Below, piece by piece: positions 63,482 through 64,000 of a stretch of DNA of 64,000 bases (position 1 is the stretch's first letter; the number at the start of each line of letters is the position of its first letter). The stretch is taken from the NCBI RefSeq assembly GCF_009914755.1, contig NC_060946.1; one strand, written 5' to 3'. Made by a program: the position numbers and the translations under genes. The notes below the pieces were generated by a model, which was not told where the DNA came from, made no database searches, and saw only the letters and a list, made by a program, of their open reading frames with translations. The stretch is from the human T2T-CHM13v2.0 reference genome, Homo sapiens.

Positions 63482-63534
63482 TAGATTTTTAAAATAAATA
63501 TACATACTCCACATGCTCAAATATAAGCTGAATC

Positions 63535-63985
63535 TGTAACCCAGCAGCTTAGCAGCCTAACCTCAAACCGCATTTTAAAACTTTTTTTCCTTTCCCCTTT
63601 CCTCTCTTCTGCTAATCTGAAGATGTAATTTAGACAAAGTATAGACGTGTTTCCTCTCCTCTTGAAATCCAGCCTTGGAATGTGCTGTGAACCTCCACCC
63701 CCTTTCTTTTCCTGTTCTATGCCCCCATGCCTTATGCACATTTATTTACCTAGTTGTTTGGTAAGCACACACCATACTCACTTATCTGGTCACATATTTC
63801 CTTAGAAGCTTCAGTAGTCAGATCCTGATACGAACCATGCACCTCCTCCAGCCATGATGACGCCGGCCACTTCCACAGATGGAAAAATAATTCAGGACAA
63901 GCCACTGGAGGGGGTCACACCACCTGACACCTCCCAGTCCCCCTGCCTCTTTTGCCTTCCAAATCCTCCCTTTAAAAACCGCTTT
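63535..63985 (+). mobile_element. ERV1 LTR related to the 59801 LTR; an Alu starts at 63986
   Basis: tgtaacccagcagctt...cattttaa start similar to the 59801 element. Confidence 0.6.
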
Positions 63986-64000
63986 GGCCGGGCGCGGTGG
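63782..64000 (-). other. PIWIL3: Candidate distal non-coding PIWIL3 exon 1 (3' part; runs off the window edge)
   Basis: Strong donor TAA|GTGAGT at 63782|63781 within an LTR; fits my recollection that annotated exon 1 lies ~12 kb upstream of the ATG exon. Confidence 0.5.

Overview
This is human genomic DNA, recognised as the PIWIL3 locus (22q11.23). PIWIL3, a germline/oocyte PIWI-clade Argonaute, lies on the minus strand. I reconstructed 20 coding exons with canonical GT-AG junctions from ATG 51952 to TGA 8918. They total 2649 nt (882 aa), or 873 aa using a downstream acceptor, and the DEDH slicer tetrad is intact. Two processed retrocopies lie on the + strand: a CRIP1 copy with an intact ORF (1679-2116), and a 5'-truncated TOP1 copy (54229-55513) inserted into an Alu next to the CpG island. 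The rest is dense transposon sequence: more than 40 Alus, a ~12 kb L1 containing a rearranged nested L1, several solo LTRs, MER20, MER2 and MER30. Almost all short ORFs in the supplied track are Alu/L1 artefacts. I found no new multi-gene system. The most interesting local signals are a partial duplicate of PIWIL3 exon 10 in intron 9, three candidate 5' ends (CpG island, distal LTR donor, and a sense MaLR LTR with disabled donor and polyA signal abutting the ATG exon), alternative polyA sites that gate an inverted-Alu 3'UTR, the antisense TOP1 3'UTR, the intact CRIP1 retro-ORF and a complex L1 rearrangement. Repeat family names and reference comparisons come from memory of consensus sequences and need confirmation with RepeatMasker or BLAST.
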